DNA of 64,000 nucleotides, taken from NCBI GenBank assembly GCA_041661605.1, contig JBAZUE010000001.1, forward strand, positions 478,928-542,927, in the 5' to 3' direction. The notes below the pieces were generated by a model. The model saw nothing but the letters and a program-made list of their open reading frames with translations, ran no database searches and was not told the DNA's origin. The position numbers and the translations under genes are program-made. Positions 1-7,841 of the stretch are shown here, piece by piece. Origin of the DNA: Candidatus Omnitrophota bacterium (lineage in GTDB: Bacteria; Omnitrophota; Gorgyraeia; Gygaellales; Profunditerraquicolaceae). Every line of letters begins with the position of its first letter. Position 1 is the first letter of the stretch.

Positions 1-357
1 CATAAGAGAAAACCCGCCTTCGCATAGCATAATTGCCAGATCAAATTCACTGTCAAACGGAAGATTGCGGGCATCTTGTGTTTGGAAGTCGATGGTCACC
101 CCTGTCTCTTGCGCCTTTTCCTTTGCCCTTTTGATCTGATTCTCGGAAAGGTCAACGCCGGTCACATTATATCCCCTCTTTGTCAGTTCAATCGCATGAC
201 GGCCGGTACCACAACCGATGTCGATGATCTTTAAGGACTTATCGCGGGCTATCTCCTCTTCGATAAAATTACATTCACCCGCAGTGCCCTGAACAAAACA
301 CTCTTTATCGTATTTGCGCGCGTAATTTTCAAATAATGCTTCGTACCATTGTTTCAT
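1..357 (-). CDS. class I SAM-dependent methyltransferase, partial (3' end beyond window start)
   Basis: Absent from the ORF track because it runs off the edge. Minus-strand ATG at 355-357. Translation reads MKQWYEALFENYARKYDKECF...SLKIIDIGCGTGRHAIELTKRGYNVTGVDLSENQIKRAKEKAQETG...FDLAIMLCEGGFSLM. DIGCGTG is SAM-binding motif I. Confidence 0.7.
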   Translation of the reverse strand, partial: MKQWYEALFENYARKYDKECFVQGTAGECNFIEEEIARDKSLKIIDIGCGTGRHAIELTKRGYNVTGVDLSENQIKRAKEKAQETGVTIDFQTQDARNLPFDSEFDLAIMLCEGGFSLM

Positions 358-573
358 TATTGTCCTCCCATTTACCAAATGTTACTTAAATAGTTCAGGA
401 TAGTCGTATAATACTGCACCCAACGGCCAACCGAACGATCTCAGGAATACCGTTTTATTTTTAACTGTTTTATTTTCCATTGGTTACGTAAACTTACAAG
501 TCTCTACTTTTCATAATTTTGAGTCAAAATGTCTCGCACATCCATCGGCCATGAACTAAGATTAGATTTCTAA

Positions 574-1347
574 CTAATTAATCCCCTTCCAACGACCGGT
601 AATCCAAGGTCCTTGTACTGGACAAACAATCTGACGATAATCAACTTCATATTCTTTATGTTCAAAGTAACCAAAACGATGTATATTCCTCTTAAATACA
701 ATATTTCTCGTTTTCATAAAATCTTTTTCCATTTCACTGAATTGATCGCCAGGATTGTGCTTACCAGTGAAATAAAAATCGGCAAAATCTTCGAGCTCAT
801 CTAAGTGCCAATGAAAACCATTACCACAAAACATAAGAATACAGCGCATCGTATTATCTGTTTTATAAGCAACCAACTTACTCTCGCATTCAAGAGTATA
901 CTGCAACATAGCTGATCTTGCACTTCGCATGTTATGGTATATTTCCCCACCCATCCATTCTTGCTCAAGCTCAATATGCGTGTTGACAGGGAAATACTTT
1001 TGTTCCTTTTGAAATTTCTCCCAAGAATCAACCATATCCGGTTTAATTGTTTTAACATCGCACAATACAGTAGCCCCACCGGATATACTATAGACTAAAT
1101 CAATTGTTTTACTTGATCTAGAGCAATAAGGCTCATATTCAAACGATTCACATGTAAATTTATTGTTATTCAAAATTAAATTTGCCAAAATTACTTCATT
1201 AATTATTTGAGGTCTCTTATCCTTGCGAAATTTATCGAGCAGCTTATCCCGATTAACAAAACGCTTATCTTTTGCCAAAGGCTGACACCACTTTTCTTCG
1301 ATTTTTACCCACAAATCATGCAACTCTTTAGCAACTTTGCCATCCAT
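574..1347 (-). CDS. hypothetical protein (orphan, AT-rich gene)
   Basis: The track ORF is 574..1359 from TTG. ATG at 1347 (MDGKVAKE...) has GAGG 8 nt upstream, so it is preferred. No signal peptide or TM helix and no recognised motif. Visibly more AT-rich than its neighbours. Confidence 0.45.
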   Translation of the reverse strand: MDGKVAKELHDLWVKIEEKWCQPLAKDKRFVNRDKLLDKFRKDKRPQIINEVILANLILNNNKFTCESFEYEPYCSRSSKTIDLVYSISGGATVLCDVKTIKPDMVDSWEKFQKEQKYFPVNTHIELEQEWMGGEIYHNMRSARSAMLQYTLECESKLVAYKTDNTMRCILMFCGNGFHWHLDELEDFADFYFTGKHNPGDQFSEMEKDFMKTRNIVFKRNIHRFGYFEHKEYEVDYRQIVCPVQGPWITGRWKGIN

Positions 1348-1662
1348 ATACAACCTCAATCGAATTCTAAATTCCAGTCTCCCCGGAATATACCATCCTT
1401 ATTTAAACCCACGTTATATAACTCCATCAAGAACGAAACAGCCGTAACGTAGAACTGCATCCATTTGACAACCCAGGGTTTTGATATAAACATTTTTTCC
1501 CTTGCCAAACACTTTTCGATTTTTATTTGTCTCGTTCATAGTTTACATAAAATTGTTAAAACCGATGGATGGCTTCGCCTATTTATTTTGCTTATCCAAT
1601 GCAGCCTTTAATCCTTTCCTACACCCGTGGATGTATTTCTTGTATAACTCTATGTGTAAGAA

Positions 1663-2220
1663 TCAGTTAGATAAACTGTCTACTAAGCTTTCGATTCTTT
1701 CCCCTGCAACATACAAACTTTCGATTACCGCCATGCCATCTTGTATCCTGATAATCGCGTAAGCATCTTCTTTGCCGCTGCGGACGTGCTGCTGGTAAAC
1801 TTTCTCCGCCCGGGGTGCAGCTGACTCTTCCATATAATAGCGGTCAATGGGGATATCCAAATACGCTTTATCTCCGGAAATATAGTTTAACCTTGTTTTG
1901 ATATAAGGCCCTGTATCAGGCCTATTCACAGCCAATCCGGAAAACTTTGCAAATCCATGGTCATCCACGTTTATCAACGCGTAAACCTGCTGACCTGAAT
2001 TCAGCTTATCTTCCTTCGCGCATAAACAATAATCTTCTTCGAAACGCAAAGCAACATATCTGCCCCGAAAGGCATCATAGGGATCAACCGGGGCAACTTT
2101 AAATTTATATTGCGCTCCATGCTTAAGAACAAACTCCCTCCTTGCTATCATGGACAAAGGCGTTATAATTTGCGCAAAGCAGACGCACAGAAACAAACCA
2201 ATAATTAATTTAATCTTCAT
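1663..2220 (-). CDS. GDYXXLXY domain-containing protein
   Basis: 185 aa with an N-terminal signal/anchor (MKIKLIIGLFLCVCFAQ). The C-terminal part has GDKAYLDIPIDRYYMEE, which matches the GDYXXLXY family pattern. Overlaps the upstream DUF2157-like gene by 4 nt, which is the usual pairing. Confidence 0.65.
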   Translation of the reverse strand: MKIKLIIGLFLCVCFAQIITPLSMIARREFVLKHGAQYKFKVAPVDPYDAFRGRYVALRFEEDYCLCAKEDKLNSGQQVYALINVDDHGFAKFSGLAVNRPDTGPYIKTRLNYISGDKAYLDIPIDRYYMEESAAPRAEKVYQQHVRSGKEDAYAIIRIQDGMAVIESLYVAGERIESLVDSLSN

Positions 2221-3527
2221 TTTACACCTCCTAAGCGGCGGGTGTATACCAGGTTAGCCGTTAGAAAACCTATACCTACAATTATAAACACCAGGCCTTT
2301 AACTATAAAACTGATATCGCTGTCAAAGAACCTGGCGATAATCAGTACGGATAACATCAACATCCCGGTATTAAGAAGAGCCTGATTATTAAGGCGGAAT
2401 CCGGCAACTATGCGGCTGAGGCTTAAAACAAATAAATAGAGGTTAAAAATCAATAACGGCAGAAAGGTTGATTGCATATTAAGAAAATAAGCAACTACGG
2501 CCAGCAAAGGAACTGCCCCGAACATTGCAACCTGATTATTCTTACGCTTGAGATTATCGTAGAATAACAATACCGCCGTTCCTATTATTGCCAAGGTTAT
2601 TATGTAATCAGGCAATAAACCAATAAAAGAAATATCCCGGTTAACCCCATAAGTATAGCTGCCCAGATATTGCCAGCAATATTTAAAAGTAAATTGGAAA
2701 ACAAGTATGAACAGGCCTATGCCTCCTATAAAACGTAAAGGTTTTTGCCAATTGGTAGTTATTTGATTGAATTTCCAATTCCCGGTAAAATAAATAACCG
2801 CAAAAATACTCGGGAAAATAACCACCCATAAACCAGGCCAGTTCCTTCCCAGGCTAAAGCTTGCGGCGGATAAAATACACACAGCCATAACCAGTGAAAC
2901 TATCGCGGCACGCAAGGCATAAATCTCCCGCTTTAACGCCCAGATAAGATGAGGAACAATTACAGCTGCCAATGGCCAGAAGATAACCGCCTTCACGGGA
3001 TTATCCCAATTATTCCCAGCCCAGGCAGTTATACCGATCAAGTAAATTACTGCCGGCAAAGATGCCTGCATAATATAAACAAGGGGCAAGATCAGCAACA
3101 TCCAGGTAAAGATAAAAGTTCCGGCATCGCCATGTATATTATATGTCTGGCTGATCAGGGCTATCGCAGCACCAACCATGAGGCTTAAAAAAGTTGCCGT
3201 ACTTTCCTTTAACGCGCTGGATTGAGGCCTTTTAAGCAAAACCCATAATACCAGGAGCTGCCCAATAATTAACGGGGTTAAGGACAGCACCGCCCGGCTC
3301 AGGCGGGACAGCTGATCCCAATTATGCGCGAACAATAAAATTATGCCTAAGCCTATTAAGAAAGCCCCGATAGTGCCAAAAATAACCAACCCCACATTCA
3401 TTCTCCCGGGATTTTTTACTTGTCCATAAAATTGCCGTATTTTATCAGCTGCTTCTTGAGAAAGAACGCCTTTTTCTACTAATCCGGGCAATTCCTGGTA
3501 GAGCCACCTTAGGAATACTTTATTCAT
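2217..3527 (-). CDS. DUF2157-like polytopic membrane protein
   Basis: 436 aa. A soluble N-terminal helix (LYQELPGLVEKGVLSQEAADKIRQFY) is followed by about 12 TM helices. This architecture and the coupling to a GDYXXLXY gene are typical of DUF2157/DUF4401 proteins. Confidence 0.55.
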   Translation of the reverse strand: MNKVFLRWLYQELPGLVEKGVLSQEAADKIRQFYGQVKNPGRMNVGLVIFGTIGAFLIGLGIILLFAHNWDQLSRLSRAVLSLTPLIIGQLLVLWVLLKRPQSSALKESTATFLSLMVGAAIALISQTYNIHGDAGTFIFTWMLLILPLVYIMQASLPAVIYLIGITAWAGNNWDNPVKAVIFWPLAAVIVPHLIWALKREIYALRAAIVSLVMAVCILSAASFSLGRNWPGLWVVIFPSIFAVIYFTGNWKFNQITTNWQKPLRFIGGIGLFILVFQFTFKYCWQYLGSYTYGVNRDISFIGLLPDYIITLAIIGTAVLLFYDNLKRKNNQVAMFGAVPLLAVVAYFLNMQSTFLPLLIFNLYLFVLSLSRIVAGFRLNNQALLNTGMLMLSVLIIARFFDSDISFIVKGLVFIIVGIGFLTANLVYTRRLGGVK

Positions 3528-3600
3528 AGTTCATCCACCCCCTAAAAATTAAACCCCGCACCAAGACGGCGCGGGGTTTAAGATTGGCAAAAAAACTGCA

Positions 3601-4278
3601 TTATTTCTTTTTCAGTTTTTCCACTAATTCAGCTACAAACTTTCCTGCTATATCCTTACAGCCAAGCCCAAAAGCTAAAGCCAGGCCTAAACCAAGCGAA
3701 CCCAAAATAATTCCTATGGTAAGCTCGGTAACACGCATACCGATGTTAAGCTGTTCCAAACCTATAATTACCGCAAAAACCACAACAACGGTTTCTACGA
3801 TTTGCCCTAATAATTTACCCTGGCTAAGCCCGGCATTATTAGCAGCGGTCATCACAATATTCTTCAGCGCCGTAGCGGCAAACATACCGATAATCAAAAT
3901 AAATATACCGGCAATAACATTCGGGATGTAAAGGACAATCTGATTCAATAAATCCGCGGCTACAGTCAGGCCTATGGCATTAATCGCCACCATAAAGGTA
4001 ACTAAAAGACCAAGCCAATAACAGATTACCCCGATTAAATCAGAAAGCGAATAAGTAATCCCGCCTCTGCCAAGGATCTTGTCCAATTCAATGCGGCTGG
4101 AGAGCGCATCAATTTTTATTGTCTTTAAAGCTTTACTTACTACTGCCTTAATTAACTTAGAAATCAACCAGCCAATGATCAAAATAACAATAACCAACAG
4201 CACATTAAGCATAAACTGGCTGATCTGGGTGAGTACATTTCTTGCCGGTTCAAGTAACACGACTTGCCAACTACTCAT
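3601..4278 (-). CDS. small multi-TM membrane protein (conserved-TM-helix / MscS-N-terminal-like)
   Basis: 225 aa with repeated Gly-rich TM helices (IIGWLISKLIK, IAGIFILIIGMFAA, IILGSLGLGLALAFGLG). The family assignment is from memory only. Confidence 0.4.
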   Translation of the reverse strand: MSSWQVVLLEPARNVLTQISQFMLNVLLVIVILIIGWLISKLIKAVVSKALKTIKIDALSSRIELDKILGRGGITYSLSDLIGVICYWLGLLVTFMVAINAIGLTVAADLLNQIVLYIPNVIAGIFILIIGMFAATALKNIVMTAANNAGLSQGKLLGQIVETVVVVFAVIIGLEQLNIGMRVTELTIGIILGSLGLGLALAFGLGCKDIAGKFVAELVEKLKKK

Positions 4279-4469
4279 ATCTGCCTCCTTTTTAATTTAT
4301 GTTTAATAACTTTAACATACTTAAGCGGTTATGTCAAGAATATTCCTTATTCAATACTTCTCGTATAGGCCTAAAGAAAACTTTAGAATTTTTTATAACA
4401 TCAACCGATATTAGCCATAAATATCGTATTATCAATAAGTTAGGTAAATAAATATTTTTTCGCGGCTTA

Positions 4470-4497
4470 TTGAAATTTTCAAATTATGTGTTATACT
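4470..4497 (+). promoter_or_regulatory. sigma70-type promoter for riboswitch 1
   Basis: TTGAAA (4470-4475), 16-nt spacer, TATACT (4492-4497), about 20 nt upstream of the aptamer. Confidence 0.45.
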
Positions 4498-4515
4498 TTT
4501 AATACAATCAGGAAC

Positions 4516-4600
4516 AGCTTTGAAAAAGGCTAACTAGCAGTAATGCTGGGGCGCAAAATGACAGCTCCGAGTTTTCTTGGAGGGCTGCATTGCCAAAGGA
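4516..4600 (+). promoter_or_regulatory. c-di-GMP-I (GEMM-I) riboswitch aptamer
   Basis: Sequence is AAGGCUAAC-UAGCA-GUAA-UGCUG-GGGCGCAAAAUGACAG-CUCCGAG-UUUU-CUUGGAG-GGCUGCAUUGCCAAAGG. It has a first hairpin with a GNRA loop, the conserved CGCAAA junction, a second hairpin, and a GCAUUGCC 3' element. This parallels the V. cholerae Vc2 aptamer (GGCAAACC..GAAA..GGGACGCAAAGCC..CCGG..AGCGGGGUUACCGA). A second copy at 23900-23990 shows compensatory stem changes. Confidence 0.85.
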
Positions 4601-4604
4601 TGAG

Positions 4605-4633
4605 AACCCTAAAATATCCTTTTAGGGTTTTTT
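4605..4633 (+). terminator. intrinsic terminator (riboswitch 1 expression platform)
   Basis: AACCCUAAAA-uauc-CUUUUAGGGUU followed by a U-tract. The aptamer 3' segment AAAGGAU can alternatively pair with AUCCUUU of this hairpin. Confidence 0.75.
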
Positions 4634-4637
4634 ATGG

Positions 4638-4667
4638 CCCCGGCTCAGTCAAGAACCGGGGTTTTTT
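4638..4667 (+). terminator. second tandem intrinsic terminator-like hairpin
   Basis: CCCCGG-cucagucaagaa-CCGGGG followed by UUUUUU, located 8 nt before the SD AAGGAGG of the 98-aa gene. Confidence 0.55.
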
Positions 4668-4687
4668 AATGGGCAAGGAGGTGCAAG

Positions 4688-4984
4688 ATGGGGAAAAAAG
4701 AGATTTTAACGGTTTTATTGGTTCTTTTAATGGCTTCCACTGTTTGGGCTGGTGATAGTGTGACGATCAGTATGTCTTGCACTATTCCTTCTATTCCGGG
4801 AGTGAATGCTCCTGCTCGTATGTCGGAGAGATTAGTCAGTAATCATCAGAGAGAAGATGTAATCAATAACAACGCAGCTGCCACGGTAGATGAAGAAATT
4901 ATAGAAAAGGAGGAGAGAAAAGAAAACCTTCTTGCCCAAGGAGAAAAAGTTACCAGAGAAGTAAGAACAATTTATAGCCGGTAA
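4688..4984 (+). CDS. small secreted protein, riboswitch-controlled (98 aa)
   Basis: SD AAGGAGG upstream of ATG 4688. Signal peptide MGKKEILTVLLVLLMASTVWA|GDS. The mature N-terminus is SVTISMSCTIPSIPG, and the rest is a charged, low-complexity tail. This is the only convincing plus-strand gene in the window. Confidence 0.7.
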   Translation: MGKKEILTVLLVLLMASTVWAGDSVTISMSCTIPSIPGVNAPARMSERLVSNHQREDVINNNAAATVDEEIIEKEERKENLLAQGEKVTREVRTIYSR

Positions 4985-4994
4985 CCCCCTCCTC

Positions 4995-7511
4995 CTATTT
5001 CTGTATTTTACGCAGAGGAATGTTCCAAACAGAAGATTCCCCCTCTTGAAGGGGGAATCTTTTTTTAAGGGCAACTAAAGGCAAATAATAAACAGGGATC
5101 GAGTTTAAGTCCGCGGATAATTCGTGGATTCCAGGCTGCGCCTGAGGATAGATATAGCTGCCATCTATTCCGGTAGTCATTGTTTTATCCCCATCGAGGG
5201 TTATTGTTACTCCAGAAACGCCTTTTTCTCCCGCCGAATATTCACCATCTTCATTTAAATCCTCAAAAACAATACCGCGGATCTCCGAACGCGAGGTAAT
5301 CCCGAAATAAACTTTGGAGCTGGCGGCATTTGCAATAGCAACCCCCTGGGTCACCGGAACGGTAAGCATATAGCCTGCCGGGAGAGTACCGGTATCCAAA
5401 GTTACATAAGCCATCTTACCGTGAACCTTGTCGAATTTAAAATACCCAAGTTCATCAGTAAGCTGGTTCCGTTTCTTGCCCAGCCAAATCTTAATACCAA
5501 AGACCGGAGGCTCATCACGATCCATCAGGCCGTTGGAATTATAATCTTTAAAGACATACCCCTGGATGGTAGAAACCGCGTCCCAACGCAGGCCGGTATC
5601 CCAAAGCAGCTTCATCCCTACGTTAAAACTGGCTTCCACCCTGCTAAGAACCGTAGGATTTTCTTTCCATACATTTCTGATCCTGGCAGAAGCATAAACC
5701 TCCTGTCCATCAGCAGGCCGGTATGAAAGCTCCCCATATCCCTCGATATAATCTTCCCCAGAAAGAAACGATAACGGGGAATTGGCGCGCTCTTCATCGC
5801 GCCAGGCAAAGCGCATTGACCCCCAAAATGGAGACGTACCGATACGGTCATACCAATCAAGCCCGGTTTCCGTAACATTGGGCCGTACGTGGTTACTGGT
5901 AGAGCGTTCAGTAAGCCAATTCAATTCTTTATTAAAATAATAGTATAAGGAGCCGATAACGCTGAAACGCAATCCCGCAAAAAACTTTTCATTAGCATAA
6001 TCCAAAGAATTGGCAGAAAAATTTTTATTATCCTGATGAGAATATTTTGCATAAGTAGAAACCTCTTTACCAAATACCGAGAGCAGCCTGTCCACGCCCA
6101 AGCCGGAAGACTGGTATCTTACCTGCGATAACTTACCCAGGTCATTCTGAAGGGTATAACTGATCTCAAAATTAGTAAACGGATCCATCTTGTAGTCAAG
6201 CGTAGCATCCAAATCTTCGTTAAAACGATTAGGGTTATCTTCCGCCGGATAAAGCCGGTCGCGATATATATCAAAACGCTGAATATAAGTAAGCTTATCC
6301 GTAGGCCTATAGTTTAAGTTTAAGAGGGCGCCAAATTCACCCTGCCGCCATCCAGGACCGGTAAGGCTCACAAACTCCTTATCGATATCCCTGAATTGCA
6401 GGTCCGCATAAAGGTCGGTACCATTATAACGGCTGGTAAATAACTGGGCTAAGTTCTTAGTATCGCTGGCAATTTCATAACTATAACCGTGATTTTTAAA
6501 ATTCCAACCTCCAATCAAATCATAGGCATAATCTTTAAGGAAATCCTGCCGGTCGCGGCCCCAGCCGTGAGCCACGCTAAATTTATAATTTTGCCATACT
6601 TCGGGAGAGAAATTTAAATTAATACCGCTCATAAATGAATGCTGAGCTTTGCTAAAGGTTTCCGTAGCTAATGTCCCGTAACGGCCGCCGTTTTCCCTTC
6701 CCCAAAAATAGGTATAATCAAATTTATTATTGAAAGCAGGCGAATAAAAATAAACGCCCCTTAAATCCGCCCCCGGTATAGCCAGATTATTAAAATAAGG
6801 ATTGTAATCTCCCGCCCGCAGGTTAAATCCTTTAAAATCACCCAGTTTACCATTAGTCAGGCCCGCGCTGACATAGGTCATATCAGTGGAAGTAGAAAGG
6901 GTCCTCTCTGTTATCGCCGCGTCAACTAACCCATAAGGAGTGGCCCCATACATATTTAAATTATGGATCCAAGAGTAAGTTCCGTTACGCCTGACTGTTT
7001 GCAGCCTGCGGCCAGTATAATAAGAATACCAGTCTAAATTATAGCGGAACTTGAAATTACCCATGTTTTCCTCTTCCTTGCGCATTGTTTCTTCCAGGGT
7101 CGGAGAATCAGTGACCGGCATAATACCGGTACATTCAATGCTTGTACGGCCATTATCATCCCAGACGATAATTGAGGCTAAGCCCCTATTCTTAGCCATA
7201 ACAGAAATCTCATTATCATTTAACCTTTCCGCATAGAGGATATCCGGCTGAACAACCAGAAAACGTTTAATATTACTGCCGGTGATAATAACATACTTGC
7301 CTTCTTCAATCTCAATAGGCTGCTGCATAGAAAGCCTGGGGTCATTAAGTAAATAAATTGCCTGGGTTTTTATTTTTGCGTTAGTATCGGATTCGCCTGC
7401 TTCTGTCAACTCCGGGATAAAGATCTGGGAAGGGCTTATTCCCTCTTTTTCGATAGTTTTCTTGACCTTAACCTGGTCAAGGGTATTCTCCATTACTGCC
7501 TGCCTATCCAA
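4995..7511 (-). CDS. large outer-membrane beta-barrel protein, usher-like candidate (N-terminus probably extends to about 7837 across a frameshift)
   Basis: 838 aa from TTG 7511, with no signal peptide in this ORF. IEIEEGKYVIITGSNIKRFLVVQPDILYAERL..ISVMAKNRGLASIIVWDDNG resembles the pilus-formation N-terminal beta-domain of CpaC/RcpA-type secretins. It is followed by about 550 aa of Y/F/W/G/N/D-rich beta-strand pattern. The C-terminus has two Ig-like repeats (GYVFKDYNSNGLMDRDEPPVFGIKIWL; IRGIVFEDLNEDGEYSAGEKGVSGVTITLDGD) like SdrD-B / CarboxypepD_reg domains. Confidence 0.6.
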   Translation of the reverse strand: MDRQAVMENTLDQVKVKKTIEKEGISPSQIFIPELTEAGESDTNAKIKTQAIYLLNDPRLSMQQPIEIEEGKYVIITGSNIKRFLVVQPDILYAERLNDNEISVMAKNRGLASIIVWDDNGRTSIECTGIMPVTDSPTLEETMRKEEENMGNFKFRYNLDWYSYYTGRRLQTVRRNGTYSWIHNLNMYGATPYGLVDAAITERTLSTSTDMTYVSAGLTNGKLGDFKGFNLRAGDYNPYFNNLAIPGADLRGVYFYSPAFNNKFDYTYFWGRENGGRYGTLATETFSKAQHSFMSGINLNFSPEVWQNYKFSVAHGWGRDRQDFLKDYAYDLIGGWNFKNHGYSYEIASDTKNLAQLFTSRYNGTDLYADLQFRDIDKEFVSLTGPGWRQGEFGALLNLNYRPTDKLTYIQRFDIYRDRLYPAEDNPNRFNEDLDATLDYKMDPFTNFEISYTLQNDLGKLSQVRYQSSGLGVDRLLSVFGKEVSTYAKYSHQDNKNFSANSLDYANEKFFAGLRFSVIGSLYYYFNKELNWLTERSTSNHVRPNVTETGLDWYDRIGTSPFWGSMRFAWRDEERANSPLSFLSGEDYIEGYGELSYRPADGQEVYASARIRNVWKENPTVLSRVEASFNVGMKLLWDTGLRWDAVSTIQGYVFKDYNSNGLMDRDEPPVFGIKIWLGKKRNQLTDELGYFKFDKVHGKMAYVTLDTGTLPAGYMLTVPVTQGVAIANAASSKVYFGITSRSEIRGIVFEDLNEDGEYSAGEKGVSGVTITLDGDKTMTTGIDGSYIYPQAQPGIHELSADLNSIPVYYLPLVALKKRFPLQEGESSVWNIPLRKIQK
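5035..5066 (+). terminator. intrinsic terminator of the 98-aa gene, embedded in the 3' end of the convergent gene
   Basis: GAUUCCCCCU-cuuga-AGGGGGAAUC followed by U7 on the plus strand. There is no U-tract on the minus strand. It lies inside codons ...KKRFPLQEGES... of the minus-strand ORF. Confidence 0.65.
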
Positions 7512-7758
7512 TCTGGCAGCAGAAGGATGAGTAGAGACGTTAGGCTTGTGGCTACCGGTATCTTTATTTAATTCTTCGCCGATGAGCCCAAGATAGTAGA
7601 TTGCGGGAGGATAACCGGGTTCAGCAATAAGGGCTCTATTGAATTCATCTTCAGCCTGCTGAAAATTACCTTTTTTCAGATCCTTGATACCTTCTTCACA
7701 GAGGTATCCGGCAATCTGGCTATAAGCAAAAACCGGTTGAGGATTTACGATAATGCAG

Positions 7759-7768
7759 AAAAAAAAAA
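7759..7768 (-). repeat. A10 (T10 on coding strand) homopolymer at a reading-frame junction
   Basis: The run of 10 A sits exactly where the upstream frame (TTG 7837, MFISRRLPKKLSFSLESSFLIFAFFF) and the main frame (..FFCIIVNPQPVFAYSQ..) of the barrel gene would join if one T were added. Confidence 0.9.
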
Positions 7769-7841
7769 TGCAAAAATCAGGAAGGATGATTCCAGGCTAA
7801 AAGAAAGTTTTTTGGGTAATCTCCTAGAGATAAACAAGATT

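Noticed and set aside
4516-4600. Assigning the riboswitches to the cGAMP-specific GEMM-Ib subclass
   Set aside because: Both copies appear to keep G residues in the AGGC/AGGGC segment that aligns with the c-di-GMP-specifying position of Vc2. However, the alignment by eye is not precise enough to decide, so this is left as an experimental check.
4543-4755. 70-aa plus-strand ORF MLGRKMTAPSF...
   Set aside because: It lies across the riboswitch aptamer and both terminators and is out of frame with the real 98-aa gene. The region is explained by RNA structure.
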